Below, piece after piece: positions 63,901-64,000 of a stretch of DNA of 64,000 nucleotides. Position 1 is the first letter of the stretch. Each line of letters starts with the position of its first letter. The DNA lies in contig OX597814.1 of NCBI GenBank assembly GCA_951406725.2, forward strand, positions 72,292,001 through 72,356,000. The letters run 5' to 3'. The translations under genes and the position numbers were made by a program. Under the pieces are notes generated by a model. That model made no database searches and was not told the DNA's origin. It worked only from the letters and a program-made list of their open reading frames with translations. Origin of the DNA: Octopus vulgaris. Lineage: Eukaryota.

Positions 63901-63925
63901 ATAAAATAGCAGTATTCTCTTCATG

Positions 63926-63973
<48 letters not shown>

Positions 63974-63998
63974 CATGAAGAGAATACTGCTATTTTAT
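63901..63998. repeat. Perfect 98-bp palindrome centred on (TA)n
   Basis: ataaaatagcagtattctcttcatgtatgt-(at)n-acatacatgaagagaatactgctattttat. Confidence 0.95.
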
Positions 63999-64000
63999 AT

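Overview
This is AT-rich eukaryotic genomic DNA. The repeat families and microsatellite load point to an octopus or other coleoid cephalopod, which is an inference from recalled repeat consensus sequences. The whole window lies inside one large + strand gene, the nucleoporin NUP188. I traced 30 consecutive internal coding exons (352-63856, about 3.29 kb, about 1,097 codons), all with GT-AG introns and consistent reading phase; the start and stop codons lie outside the window. The introns (up to 16.4 kb) contain tRNA-derived SINEs, RTE LINE remnants with minisatellite 3' tails, R4/Dong-type and CR1/Jockey-type LINE fragments, two Penelope-like elements, a mariner pseudogene, Helitron/Helentron, piggyBac- and hAT-type MITEs, and a solo LTR. 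Most ORF-track entries are microsatellite or TE noise. The most interesting non-genic signals are: Penelope inverted terminal repeats with minimal hammerhead-ribozyme motifs (one a U3-A8 core variant, one joined to a tRNA-like Pol III head); several long, near-perfect intronic hairpins; and an inverted pair of similar RTE tails bracketing a frame-preserving two-exon block. Exon numbers (w1-w30) are local to this window. All coordinates were read by eye, and TE boundaries are approximate.
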